A stretch of 64,000 nucleotides of DNA from Selaginella moellendorffii (Eukaryota; Plantae; Lycopodiophyta): positions 347,114-411,113 of the forward strand of contig NW_003314263.1 of NCBI RefSeq assembly GCF_000143415.4, read 5' to 3'. Positions 10,988 through 21,283 of the stretch are shown here, in pieces. Position numbers and translations under genes: made by a program. The notes under the pieces were generated by a model, which worked only from the letters and a program-made list of their open reading frames with translations, did not search any database and had not been told where the DNA came from. Positions within the stretch are counted from its first letter, which is position 1, and every line of letters starts with the position of its first letter.

Positions 10988-12842
10988 GTTGATGGCGGGG
11001 TTTCGTCGAGCTCGCTTCAGGAGGCTCTATATCTGCAGTATCTGCAACGTGCTGCGGACGAAGTTGCTTTGCGCAATTATTTGCAGTCCGAATCTTCCGA
11101 CCTGGGATACATTGGGGATCACAAGCATCATTTTGGTAGGAGTGCTTCTTCTAGCTCACTGAAGCCGAATCCTTTGTACTACGGGGGGCGGACTGTTCCA
11201 CCGTATTACTCGTCACTCGGCTCGACCTCGGCTTCATCAAGCGTTCTTCATCGCGAAGCACTGGCGTCTCTGCGATCGGGTCTAAATTATGGCTGGCAGC
11301 GTGGAAGTGATCTGGGTGACGACATCAGAGGATCTGTTCTTTTGGAAGAGTTTAAGAGCAGTAAAAGCCGCCGGTTCGAGCTCTCCGACATTGCGGGACA
11401 CGTTGTGGAATTCAGGTATTCAAAGTGGAGTTTTTGTTGTTGAGAGAAACTGAGTATCTTCTTTAACAGTGCCGATCAACACGGTAGCCGTTTCATTCAG
11501 CAAAAGCTGGAGGCCGCGACTGCGGAGGAGAAAGCCATGGTCTTTGACGAGGTTCTGCCTCAGGCGTTTACACTCATGACAGATGTTTTCGGAAACTATG
11601 TGATCCAGAAGGTATGGTTTTTGCACGTAAGAACTGAACGATCTTACATGTCCCTCCTTGTGCAGTTTTTTGAACATGGCAACTCTCAGCAGCGCAGAGA
11701 GCTTGCAAATTTACTCGTTGGTCATATGTTGGAGCTAAGCTTGCAGATGTATGGCTGTCGTGTCATACAAAAGGTATGCATAGTTTCTCTTTAAAGTTGT
11801 AGACAGACAAAGAGCTTGCTATATGTTTGTGTAGGCATTGGAGGTCTGTGATGTGGACCAACAAACTCAACTCGTAGTAGAACTGGATGGGCATGTCATG
11901 CGATGTGTGCGAGACCAAAACGGGAATCATGTCATTCAGAAATGTATTGAATGTGTCCCGCCGGACAAAATACAGTTTATCATATCCGCGTTCTATGGTC
12001 AAGTACTCGTCCTCTCGACTCATCCGTATGGATGCCGGGTGATTCAGGTAACTTACGAAAAGACTGCTCTGGGGAGTTAATCATTGGAGTGAAATCTTTT
12101 ACGTTGGTGCAGAGAGTTCTGGAGCACTGTACAGACGATCAGAAACAGGCAGGAATCATGGAAGAAATCCTGGGCGCCACCTGCAGTCTAGCCCAGGATC
12201 AGTATGGGAATTACGTAATTCAGGTAAGTCCAAGGTGGCTTTATTGCGGATTCTGTTTTTGATTGTTTGTTGTAAATTTTGTGCAGCACGTTTTGGAACA
12301 TGGGAAACCCCATGAGAGGAGCGAGATAATAACTAAGCTGGCCGGGCAGATTGTACAGATGAGCCAGCACAAGTTCGCTTCGAATGTAGTGGAGAAGTGC
12401 CTAGAGTTTGGGGGGCCGGCGGAGCGGCAAATTTTGGTGGATGAGATGCTTGGCACCACGGACGAGAACGCGCCATTACAGGTAAAGAGATGAACAGCAA
12501 GAGAGAGTTTTTCGTTTTGCTCACGCTCGGCTCCACTCCACGCAGGCGATGATGAAGGACCAGTTTGCAAACTACGTGGTGCAAAAGGTTTTGGAGACTT
12601 GCAGTGACCAGCAACGAGAGATGCTCCTGGGTCGTATCAAAGTCCACCTCCACGCTCTAAAAAAGTACACTTATGGCAAGCACATCGTTGCGCGGGTGGA
12701 GAAGCTCGTGGCTGCTGGAGGTACGAACCAAGCTTTCTCTCTTGTTATAGCTTTGTTTGCTCTAAAGTTTGAGAGAGAGCTAATGCGTCTCGAGATTTCC
12801 CTTCCAGAGAGGCGTGGCGCTGCTGCTCACGCGACGATCTAA
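9471..12842 (+). CDS. APUM: Pumilio/PUF RNA-binding protein (APUM5/6-like), multi-exon
   Basis: [10 protein letters not shown] start, [12 protein letters not shown] and [15 protein letters not shown] motifs, and Puf repeats ([43 protein letters not shown] ... [16 protein letters not shown]). Confidence 0.93.
10955..10987 (+). repeat. (CAG)n microsatellite encoding polyQ in Pumilio
   Basis: About 10 consecutive CAG codons. Confidence 0.9.
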
Positions 12843-13173
12843 GCGAGCGAGAAATCGTCACACCAAACAGGCACAGCAAAAGTTTTCCTCTTGCAACTAA
12901 AGTGTAAATTTGTGTTCTCTGTTGTGTTGTTTGCAGACGTAAATAGTGTAATAACTTTTGTACCCTGTGGAGGATGGGGAGAAGAAATGAGAAGAGAAGA
13001 GAGAAGTAAAGAAGAAGAAGAAGACCAGAGTGGTAGCACTGTAACGGGACGTCCTTTCTAACGTTCTTTATTTATGTTGGTAATTTTGTCGCTTTAAGTG
13101 TACATTTCTTTGTATAATCCACTACTTGGAGTTTTAGGGCTTGTGGGGAATTTAGGGTTTATGGGCTTTGGCG

Positions 13174-14269
13174 ATGGTGTTCGTTCTAGCGATCTTGCTG
13201 CTGCTCCCGATCGTGCTGCTCGCGCTGTGGGTTCTCAAGGTGCCGTCGTCTCCGGTGGAGATCCGTGGCAGGCACATTCTTATTTCTGGTGGATCGAGCG
13301 GGATCGGGCTTGAGCTCGCGAAGATTGCCGCTGCGCAGGGCGCGCGCAAGGTGACGCTCTTGGCGCGGAATGTCGAGAGGTTGAAGGAGGCCAGGGATGC
13401 GGTCGCGGCGGCTGTGAGTGGATCGAGTGACACGGAGGTGGGATTTGTCAGTGCCGATGTTTTGGATCGAGCAGGGCTGCGGAGGGCAATGGCTGAGGCT
13501 GGGGATGTGGATGTGCTGGTTTGCAGCCACGGGATTTCTATTCCTTGCGCGTTTGAGGATGCCAGAGACGAGGATCTCGACACGGTGGTGGGGATTAATT
13601 TCATGGGGACGATGAATGTGGTCAAGGCCGCGTTGCCAGGGATGGTGAGAGATGGCGGGGTGTATCCTCGCAGCATTGCGATCTTCTCTTCTCAAGCGGC
13701 CCAGGTACTTCTTTTCTTTTGGTCTTCTATCACGGTCTTCTTCTTTCGTAGGCTGGAATTTATGGATTCGCATGCTACTCGGGAGCAAAGGTTGCGCTGG
13801 TAAAATTCGCGGAGAGCCTCAAACAAGAGCTCTTCCTCCGGAAGATCCAGATTTCGGTCATCTATCCTCCTGACACAGACACTCCCGGACTCCGAGAAGG
13901 TATGCCTTTTCTCTTCCTCTTTTTCTCCTCTTCTCGTGTGTTAAAAGTGGTTCTTTCGTGAATGCAGAGAACAAGTTCAAACCGGAGATAACAAAGATCT
14001 TGTCTGAGTCCTCCAGTGCGATGGTGGCGATCGACGTCGCAAGAAAAGCCATGGACGGGATCAGAGCAGGGAGGTTCAACGTTTCTTGCAACTTTGATGG
14101 CCATCTTCTCGCCATCCTTTGCACAGGCATGTCTCCACACATGTCTGTTTGCTACAGTCTTGCAGAGATTGTCTTCCTTCCGGTCACGCGAATCATCTCG
14201 CTCTTCATACAATACGGATGGTACAGGACGATCCGAGCATGGCTTATCAAGCATAAGAAGTGCGTGTAA
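13174..14269 (+). CDS. TSC10: 3-ketodihydrosphingosine reductase (SDR family), 3 exons
   Basis: N-terminal TM helix, ISGGSSGIG, SSQAAQ, catalytic YSGAK, YPPDTDTPG and GRFNVSCNFDG...GMSP. Confidence 0.9.
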
Positions 14270-14623
14270 TATCCAAGCGGTAACTCCTGTCTTCTTCCTG
14301 GAACTACAAACTAATGTTTTCTTTGCAGCTAACCAACCATGCCACAATTGAAAGGACAATGCCAAGAGGAATAGCTTAAACGAGTGTAATTGAGAAGTTC
14401 TGGCAATGATCTTAACAACAAAATTTGAATTTAAGACGGTCATAACTTTAAAGATTTAAAATAGTTAGCTAGCCCCCAAAACAACTAAACATTCCATGGG
14501 CTGAGGTTTATGTGTGCAACTGCAAACACAATAACATTGCCCAAATGTCATTCACACACAAATTTCATTGACTGGAAAGCAGTGTAAAGCAGGATTTAGG
14601 GTTTTAGTGTTGAGGACATTGAC

Positions 14624-15337
14624 TATAAATTTTATTGGAATTGCCCTTTAGGACAAGATACACCAATAAACTCAACTCTGCCAATGTCTTATTTAATGGG
14701 AAATACATTAAGAAGAAACCTTGATTTACGTATTTTTATTTTACAACTTTTGTAGACTGGTGTTAATTCTCAAGGTAAGGCATTAGTCGAAAATAATCAA
14801 GTAGTGAATGTACTTAGAAGATATTCTTCCAATAATTTTGACAAATAAGCCAGCACATTCTTTAATGATTTCTTTTTATCCAGAGGTTGGAATATTTGGT
14901 TTATTATACAGTGTAAAAGGTTTCTTTCCAAAATCTCCATCTAATCCTGCTAGAGTATTAACAAAAATTCCCTTTTATTGCAACCCACTAAATACAAGGC
15001 TTATAAGTGGGTATAAAAAGTTGGACAAGCATTAATTGATTATATAAAACGTTTTACAATAATAATGCAATATGATTGTAATATTATATCTTATATTAGT
15101 GTTAATGCTTTTTGGAGTACAAAAACGTATGGGAAAATTTTTGATTGTAAATTGAAATTGCAAGAAGATGGTAATCTTGTTTTATATGGTGCTTTTGATA
15201 TAACTATGTATTGGTCAAGTAAAAGTTACTGTAGAAAATATAATTGTGCTATACTGTCAGAATTTCATGTTCAGAAAGATTGTAATTTAGTCATTTATCC
15301 AAATATACTAACATGGTCAAATGGTAAAGTTTGTTAA
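14624..15337 (+). pseudogene. Frameshifted, 5'-truncated copy of the bulb-type lectin gene at 19677-20525
   Basis: ORF pieces 14808-15035 and 15065-15337 match the 282-aa protein (PIILTN..FYCNPLNTRLISGYK; QEDGNLVLY, QKDCNLVIY) but are broken by indels. Confidence 0.85.
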
Positions 15338-15950
15338 CCATAATTACAATATAGTATAATATGATTATTATATAGTGCTATTAAACAATTTTAATATTTT
15401 AAATATATTCTAGACTGATTGATATATGTTCAAACTTTCAATCTTTGATACAAGAATAAGAAACACAGTGGATATTGTTGACAATTTTCACATGGAATCT
15501 TGACTCATTATTATATAGTTATCAGTATAGATAATTTAAATATTAAATAATAATTTACTGTGTATTGTATGTAGCAACATTTGGTTTTCTTAATAGTAAT
15601 GTTATTTTTATTTATTAATTTAATTGATCAAATGCAAGTTTAAAGCTACAAACATGTATATAATTTATATACTCAAGATTAATCTTATTGCATATCAACC
15701 ATTAAATGGTAAAATAAACTAAAATATACTAGTTTAGGAAAGTTTATAAATTATAAATACAAGTTTAATCTAAATAAATAACAAATGTTAGATGTTAGAT
15801 CCCATCCAAATATATTGCCTAATTAAACTTAAAAGCAGTACTCTTTCTGGATCTTGAGTTGTGTGAGCTCCACTGGGCTGAATTTCCTCTTGTTCCTTTG
15901 CAATGGTCACTCCATTCCCTTCGTCACTCTTTCCTACGCTTTTCATACAT
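14624..15950 (+). repeat. Left arm of a large inverted repeat (partner 18825-20433)
   Basis: Colinear reverse-complement similarity read by eye: 14624-15808 vs 20433-19219, and 15843-15950 vs ~18952-18825. Confidence 0.85.
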
Positions 15951-15979
15951 CGGTTGTGCCCTATTCTTTACCACAATAT

Positions 15980-16430
15980 CGCGAGAGAAAATGCGAGGGC
16001 CTGGCAGTGATCCGCGCTTTTGAATCGATCGGCGTAGCAGCGCGAGCTCGAGAGCGAAGCTTTTTCTCGCGGGGGAGTTTGATAGCCCAATCCATCCAAA
16101 GAAACCCCTCGGGACAATCGGCGAGGAAAGGCGATCCAAGGCCAGCGCACGATGATCGCCCAGCAGGGCGAGAAGATGATCAAGAGGAAGAGGTGGCTTC
16201 GTCTCGGTCCGAGCGATGATGGCGTCGCTGAGAGACAGATCAAGCAGGAGGGTGTCACTCCACCACGCAAGAAGATAGCCGATCACGATCAGAGGTAACT
16301 TGGAGTTCTTGCGAGGTTCTTTGTGAGTTCCACGATCTCTGGAAGAACTGGTCTCTTTTTTTCTTGGGTTTCTTCCTGACAGCATGGATTCGCCTCCAGT
16401 GGCAGCGGGTGGCAGCAAAAGGTAGGAGCA
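15980..16430 (+). pseudogene. Internally deleted, inverted copy of the gene at 21284-22859
   Basis: ATG 15991 aligns to MRWPGSDPRF with a CGA->TGA nonsense change. It jumps to KQEGVTPPRKKIADHDQR and retains intron 1 and exon 2. Confidence 0.85.
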
Positions 16431-16518
16431 ATCAATGTGGAGTTTTTACCTCTCCTTTTATTGGATTTTTACCAACAATTAAGAACCCCTTTTTTAGGGT
16501 TCTTGAGTATTCACAGGA

Positions 16519-18294
16519 CTATCGCGTGGCGCATAGAAGATCCTCGCTCCACTCCTCGCTCCCGACGCAGTGGTGGCATCGGAAAATCCCCGCCGGATCG
16601 ACTCTCTTCTTGATCGCCAGCAGCCTCGTGTAATGTTCTCCAAACAGAGATTCTTGCCACTGGGGCTCACTGAAATCCGCCTCGTTCCCATACGCCCCCG
16701 ATCCGGGCGTGAGATCGATGAGCATCGCATTCGCGGCGCTCAGCTCCGCCCTGGCGCGCTGCTCGGCTCGATCGTCTCCGTCGCTCCAGCTTCTGCCGAG
16801 GATCACATGCCACAGCGCGCGGCGCCACGCGGGATTCACAGCATTGTCTCGATCGTCGCGGCTCACGGCGCCGCCCCCGACGAACACGCCAGTGAGGGAC
16901 ACGCGCGGGAAGAGCTCCCGGATGCGCACCATCACCTCGGCTAGATTCCCCGGCGAATATGCGACCGTTGTCCTTGGAATGAGCCGCGACGCCAGGAGCA
17001 GTGGAATCCCCGCGGTGGCGATGCCGGTGTTGGCGGTGTCCACATCGCGGCAGCTCGATCGCCCCTGGCATTGGATCGCCAATCGAAACTCCTGGAACGA
17101 GGGGAAGGATTGGAGGCTCCCGCTGGATCGGAGCTGGGGGTCCTCGCGCGCGAGCTCTTCCAGCGGTGCCGCGAGCGTGGCGTTGGCGAGCTCCATGCCG
17201 CGGTTTGGGAGGAGATACGAGAGCGTGAGCCCGGTGGTGTTGGTGATCGCGAAGGTCCCCGCCCAGCCGGCGCGCTCGAGCGAGGGGTGGAGCTCGGTGA
17301 ATCGAGCGAGTGTTCGCTGGAAGCTGGGCTTGTCCGGGGTTGAGAGGTTGTACTGCGCGAAGACGAGGCTGTCCAGCGCCGGGTAGAGCCTGTGCGTGGC
17401 GGTGACCGCGATGCCAAACGTTCCACCGCCGCCGCCGCGCATCGCCCAGTAGAGATCCTGGTTCTGGCAGCGATTGGCAACGACGAGGCTCCCATCCGCG
17501 GTCACCACCGAGAACTCCAGGACGTTGTCCGCGGCCAGGCCGAAAGTTGGCGAGAGTGGGCTGTGGCCTCCGCCCTGGGGATGGCCTCCGGCAGCTCCCA
17601 CCGAGCTCGATCCACCGCCGACGATCACGAACTTGCGATCAAACACCGCCTGGTAGAGCTCTTCCCACTGGACTCCAGCGCCGACCGTCACTGCCGGGAG
17701 GTACGTTGCGTCTTTCGATCGGCGAGAGCATCCTCTCGGGAGGAAGCGGTGGTGGAATCTCATGCTTTTCATTTGGTGTGTCCAGATGCTCAGCGCTCCC
17801 GCGGCGGTGCTCCGGCCGAGGTAGTCGTGACCGGTGTTCTTGACGACGAGGCGGAGGTTCCTGGCGGCCGCGAATCCCACCGCTGCTTGGATGTGGGAGG
17901 CTTTTCTCGCTGCTACTGTGTAGATTGGCACCGAGCCTTGCGAGCACGTTGAGTTTCGAGGGGAGTCTATCGAGCAGCGATCGGTGATACCGTTTGATTC
18001 CCAGTTGCTGGCTTGCATGGCTCCCGGCTGGTCCGCCCTCCAGAACGGGAAGCTCCATCGCTGGCGTGCCTCTCGGCAGGCTCGCCGATTGAAAGCTGGA
18101 TCGTGGCAAGGAGAGGCCGGAGGAACCACGCGGATGAGCTTTCCATCGATGGAGGCGTTGAAGGTGGCCCAGGATTGAGAGTCGGGCCAGCAGTGGCGAT
18201 CGAAGGCTGTGCATTGGCATGGAGGCCGGAAGGATTGAGCCAACTGGAATGCGACGATCACGATGAGGAGCAGAGGTAGCGCGGCTGTTTTCAT
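16519..18294 (-). CDS. Secreted FAD-linked oxidoreductase (VAO/BBE-like, FAD_binding_4 + BBE), fungal-type, intronless
   Basis: Signal peptide MKTAALPLLLIVIVAFQLAQS, CWPDSQSWATFN, LVVKNTGHDYLGRS, VGAAGGHPQGGGHSPLS, DLYWAMRGGGGGTFG, GAYGNEAD and DPAGIFRCHHCVGSE. Confidence 0.9.
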   Translation of the reverse strand: MKTAALPLLLIVIVAFQLAQSFRPPCQCTAFDRHCWPDSQSWATFNASIDGKLIRVVPPASPCHDPAFNRRACREARQRWSFPFWRADQPGAMQASNWESNGITDRCSIDSPRNSTCSQGSVPIYTVAARKASHIQAAVGFAAARNLRLVVKNTGHDYLGRSTAAGALSIWTHQMKSMRFHHRFLPRGCSRRSKDATYLPAVTVGAGVQWEELYQAVFDRKFVIVGGGSSSVGAAGGHPQGGGHSPLSPTFGLAADNVLEFSVVTADGSLVVANRCQNQDLYWAMRGGGGGTFGIAVTATHRLYPALDSLVFAQYNLSTPDKPSFQRTLARFTELHPSLERAGWAGTFAITNTTGLTLSYLLPNRGMELANATLAAPLEELAREDPQLRSSGSLQSFPSFQEFRLAIQCQGRSSCRDVDTANTGIATAGIPLLLASRLIPRTTVAYSPGNLAEVMVRIRELFPRVSLTGVFVGGGAVSRDDRDNAVNPAWRRALWHVILGRSWSDGDDRAEQRARAELSAANAMLIDLTPGSGAYGNEADFSEPQWQESLFGEHYTRLLAIKKRVDPAGIFRCHHCVGSEEWSEDLLCATR

Positions 18295-18824
18295 GGCTGT
18301 GTGATGTCAACGTACAACCTTTTCTTCTTTCCTGACATGAACTCGTAAAGAAATTGTAGCTATCGGAACGATAGAGCTCTTGTCAAACGCTTCGAATGAT
18401 CGACGGATGGAGCAAATGATGTGAGCACGAATTGTTTGCTCCTTTTTTTATATACTGTGGCTTTCCGCGGGGACTTGTTCTTGTGTTCATCCAGGAAAAT
18501 CTTACTCTGAGCGGCCGCCAAAAACAAAAGAACCGCACTTTGGGCTTTGACACTGGAAAACTTCTAAGGTCTGACTCTTGCTATGTGAGTGCTCTTTTTT
18601 GCGCGTTGATCAGACATTGTCAAACCTTGCCAGTTATACGTCTAGAAAATCAAAGACTGTGTTTTTTACATCTACTCTTGTTCAGAAAATCTAGATGTGA
18701 TCTTATAGACAAATTAATTCTTTTATTCTCGTTTCACTACATATTGTGGACTAGTACGTAAAAGAAGATTAGGGCACTGTCATAATTATATTCTAAATCA
18801 GTCTATGGAGGAGTTGTAGAAATA

Positions 18825-20433
18825 TGTATGGAAAGTGTAGAGGAATGATGAGGAAAGAGTGACCAAGGGAATGGAATGACCATTGCAAAGGAACAAAAGG
18901 AAATTCAGCCCAGTGGAGCTCACACAACTCCCAGTGCATCCAAGATCCAGAAAGAATTGTGCTTGAATTCCTCTCGGTCTAAGAAAGGGAAACAAAGAAA
19001 ATGGGATGGATCACTGTGGTTGCCATTCTCGGCTCAACATTTCGCTGACAAATGTCATCACTAAGCTCATGTCAAAGCAATTAAACATAAATGTAACCAG
19101 GATTTTTAATTTTTTTTATTGGATAAATTATCTTAAGACTTTAAATTTTTAAATTAATAATAATTAATATTTATAGATTTTTTTGCTTAAGGGAGAAGTG
19201 GATATACTGAGCATATGCTTGGATGTTCTAGGTCTACCATCTAACGGTTGTTATTTATTTAGATTAATTTTATATTTATAATTTATAAAGTTTCCTAGAC
19301 ACTTCCTAGTATATTTTAGCTTATTTTAAATAAGATTAATCTTGTTTTTATAAATTATAAACATTTTTATAAGTATAAACTTGCATTTGATCAATTAGAT
19401 TAATAAATATAAATAACACTATTATTTATACCAAGCATTGATGTGCAGTAGATTATTGTTTAATATTTAAATCATCTAAAATTATAAATTTATAACAATA
19501 ACATTCCACGTCAAGATTCCACGTGAATATTGTCAACAATATAAACTGTGTTTCTTATTCTTGTACCAAAGATTGAAAGTTTAAACAAATATCAATCAGT
19601 CTAGAATACATTTAAAATATTAGAAATGTTTACTATCACTATATAATACTTGTATTATACTATATTGTAATCATGGTTAACAAACTTTACCATTTGAACA
19701 TGTTAGTATATTTGGCTTTCCATCTCTATAAATGACTAAATTACAATCTTTTTGAACATGAAATTCTGATAGTACAGCACAATTATATTTTCTACAGTAA
19801 CTTTTACTTGACCAATAATTAGTTATATCAAAAGCACCATATAAAACAAGATTACCATCTTCTTGCAATCTCAATTTACAATCAAAACTTTTCCCATACG
19901 TTTTTGTACTCCAAAAAACATTAGCACTAATATAAAATACAATATTACAATCATATTGCATTATTATTGTAAAACGTTTTATATAATCAATTAATTCTTG
20001 TCCAGCTTTTAATGTTGCTAATGGCATATCTTTATACCCACTTATAAGCCTTGTATTTAGTGGGTTGCAATAAAAGGGAATTTTTGTTAATACTTCAGCA
20101 GTATTAGATGGAGATTTTGGAAAGAAACCTCTTACACTGTATAATAAACCAAATATTCCAACCTCTGGATCAAAAACAATCATTAAAAAATGTGCTGGGC
20201 TATTTGTCAAAATTATTGGAACAATATCTGCACCAGCTCTTCTCATTACTTGATTATTTTCGACTAATGCCTTAACTTGAGAATTAACACCACAGTCTAC
20301 AAAATTTGTAAAAATAAAAATACGTAAATCAATTGTTGTTAGTAATCTAGTTCTTATTAAATAAGACATTGGCAGAGTTGAGTTTATTAGTGTATATTGT
20401 CCTGAAGGAAGTGCAATTCCAATACAATTTATA
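18825..20433 (-). repeat. Right arm of the large inverted repeat (partner 14624-15950)
   Basis: Same alignment as the left arm. It carries about 260 bp (18955-19218) that is largely absent from the left arm. Confidence 0.85.
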
Positions 20434-20525
20434 AGAGCACTTACAACCATAATAGGATTTATATTTAAAAATGTTAAAGCTGTTTCGTATGCAAAATATT
20501 CAAAATATGATATATTAGTATTCAT
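19677..20525 (-). CDS. Protein with an unknown N-terminal domain and a C-terminal bulb-type (GNA-like) mannose-binding lectin domain
   Basis: Intact 282-aa ORF in very AT-rich DNA with three QxDxNxVxY motifs: QYDCNIVFY, QEDGNLVLY, QKDCNLVIY. Confidence 0.75.
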   Translation of the reverse strand: MNTNISYFEYFAYETALTFLNINPIMVVSALINCIGIALPSGQYTLINSTLPMSYLIRTRLLTTIDLRIFIFTNFVDCGVNSQVKALVENNQVMRRAGADIVPIILTNSPAHFLMIVFDPEVGIFGLLYSVRGFFPKSPSNTAEVLTKIPFYCNPLNTRLISGYKDMPLATLKAGQELIDYIKRFTIIMQYDCNIVFYISANVFWSTKTYGKSFDCKLRLQEDGNLVLYGAFDITNYWSSKSYCRKYNCAVLSEFHVQKDCNLVIYRDGKPNILTCSNGKVC

Positions 20526-21283
20526 TCTTACAAGAATTATAGAAATAACTGGTGTAAATGTTTCAGTGTGTGTGTGTGTCTATATATATTACAACTCACA
20601 ATCATTTTGAAACTGTTTCTTATAATTTCTAACTATTCATAAAGTTATAAATAGTTTATCATATTATTAGTCACTACTTACAATAACTTTTCAAGTAGCA
20701 AAAGATCTTGTTTAGCCTATATTCAAATTTCCATATCTTATTTATAATTTGAAAAGTGGACATATATCTATTAACTTATTTAACAGAAATAGTATAACTA
20801 TTATTAGACAAGATAATTAACACATGGATGGCCGAGTTTACTGACGATAGAGAACCAGTGAATCTCAATGTTGCAGAAAGAAGTAGTCCTCTCAAATGTT
20901 TTAGCACAGGTGATGGAATTCTCAGGTCTGAAGCTCAATCACTCTTTGCTATTAAAGTGAAACCTCACGAATGAACAGAATTTAGTAATTTTATTTATCA
21001 AAAAAATTTCCCTCAAGACATTGCTTCACTCGGTGATCCAAGCTGTGAAATATTTTGATCATGTGGATGCCCAGAAGATCCCTGTTTGGAGAACATTACC
21101 TGCGGCTGCTGGCGATCAAAGTCGATCCCAGGGATTTTCTGATACCGCGCGTCGGGAAAATACTCAAGAACCAACTATACATCAGAGGCAGCAAATGCTG
21201 GTAAATTCGAAAAGGTGACAAACTCTCCACTTGCAGCAGCAAATGCCCATAGAGGGCATTGCAGGGAATCTCTCGATCATACT

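Noticed and set aside
20566-20605. Loss of one dinucleotide from the (TG)n/(TA)n tract would put ATG 20605 in frame with the lectin ORF
   Set aside because: It would add 26 aa with no clear targeting signal, and it is likely chance without polymorphism data.
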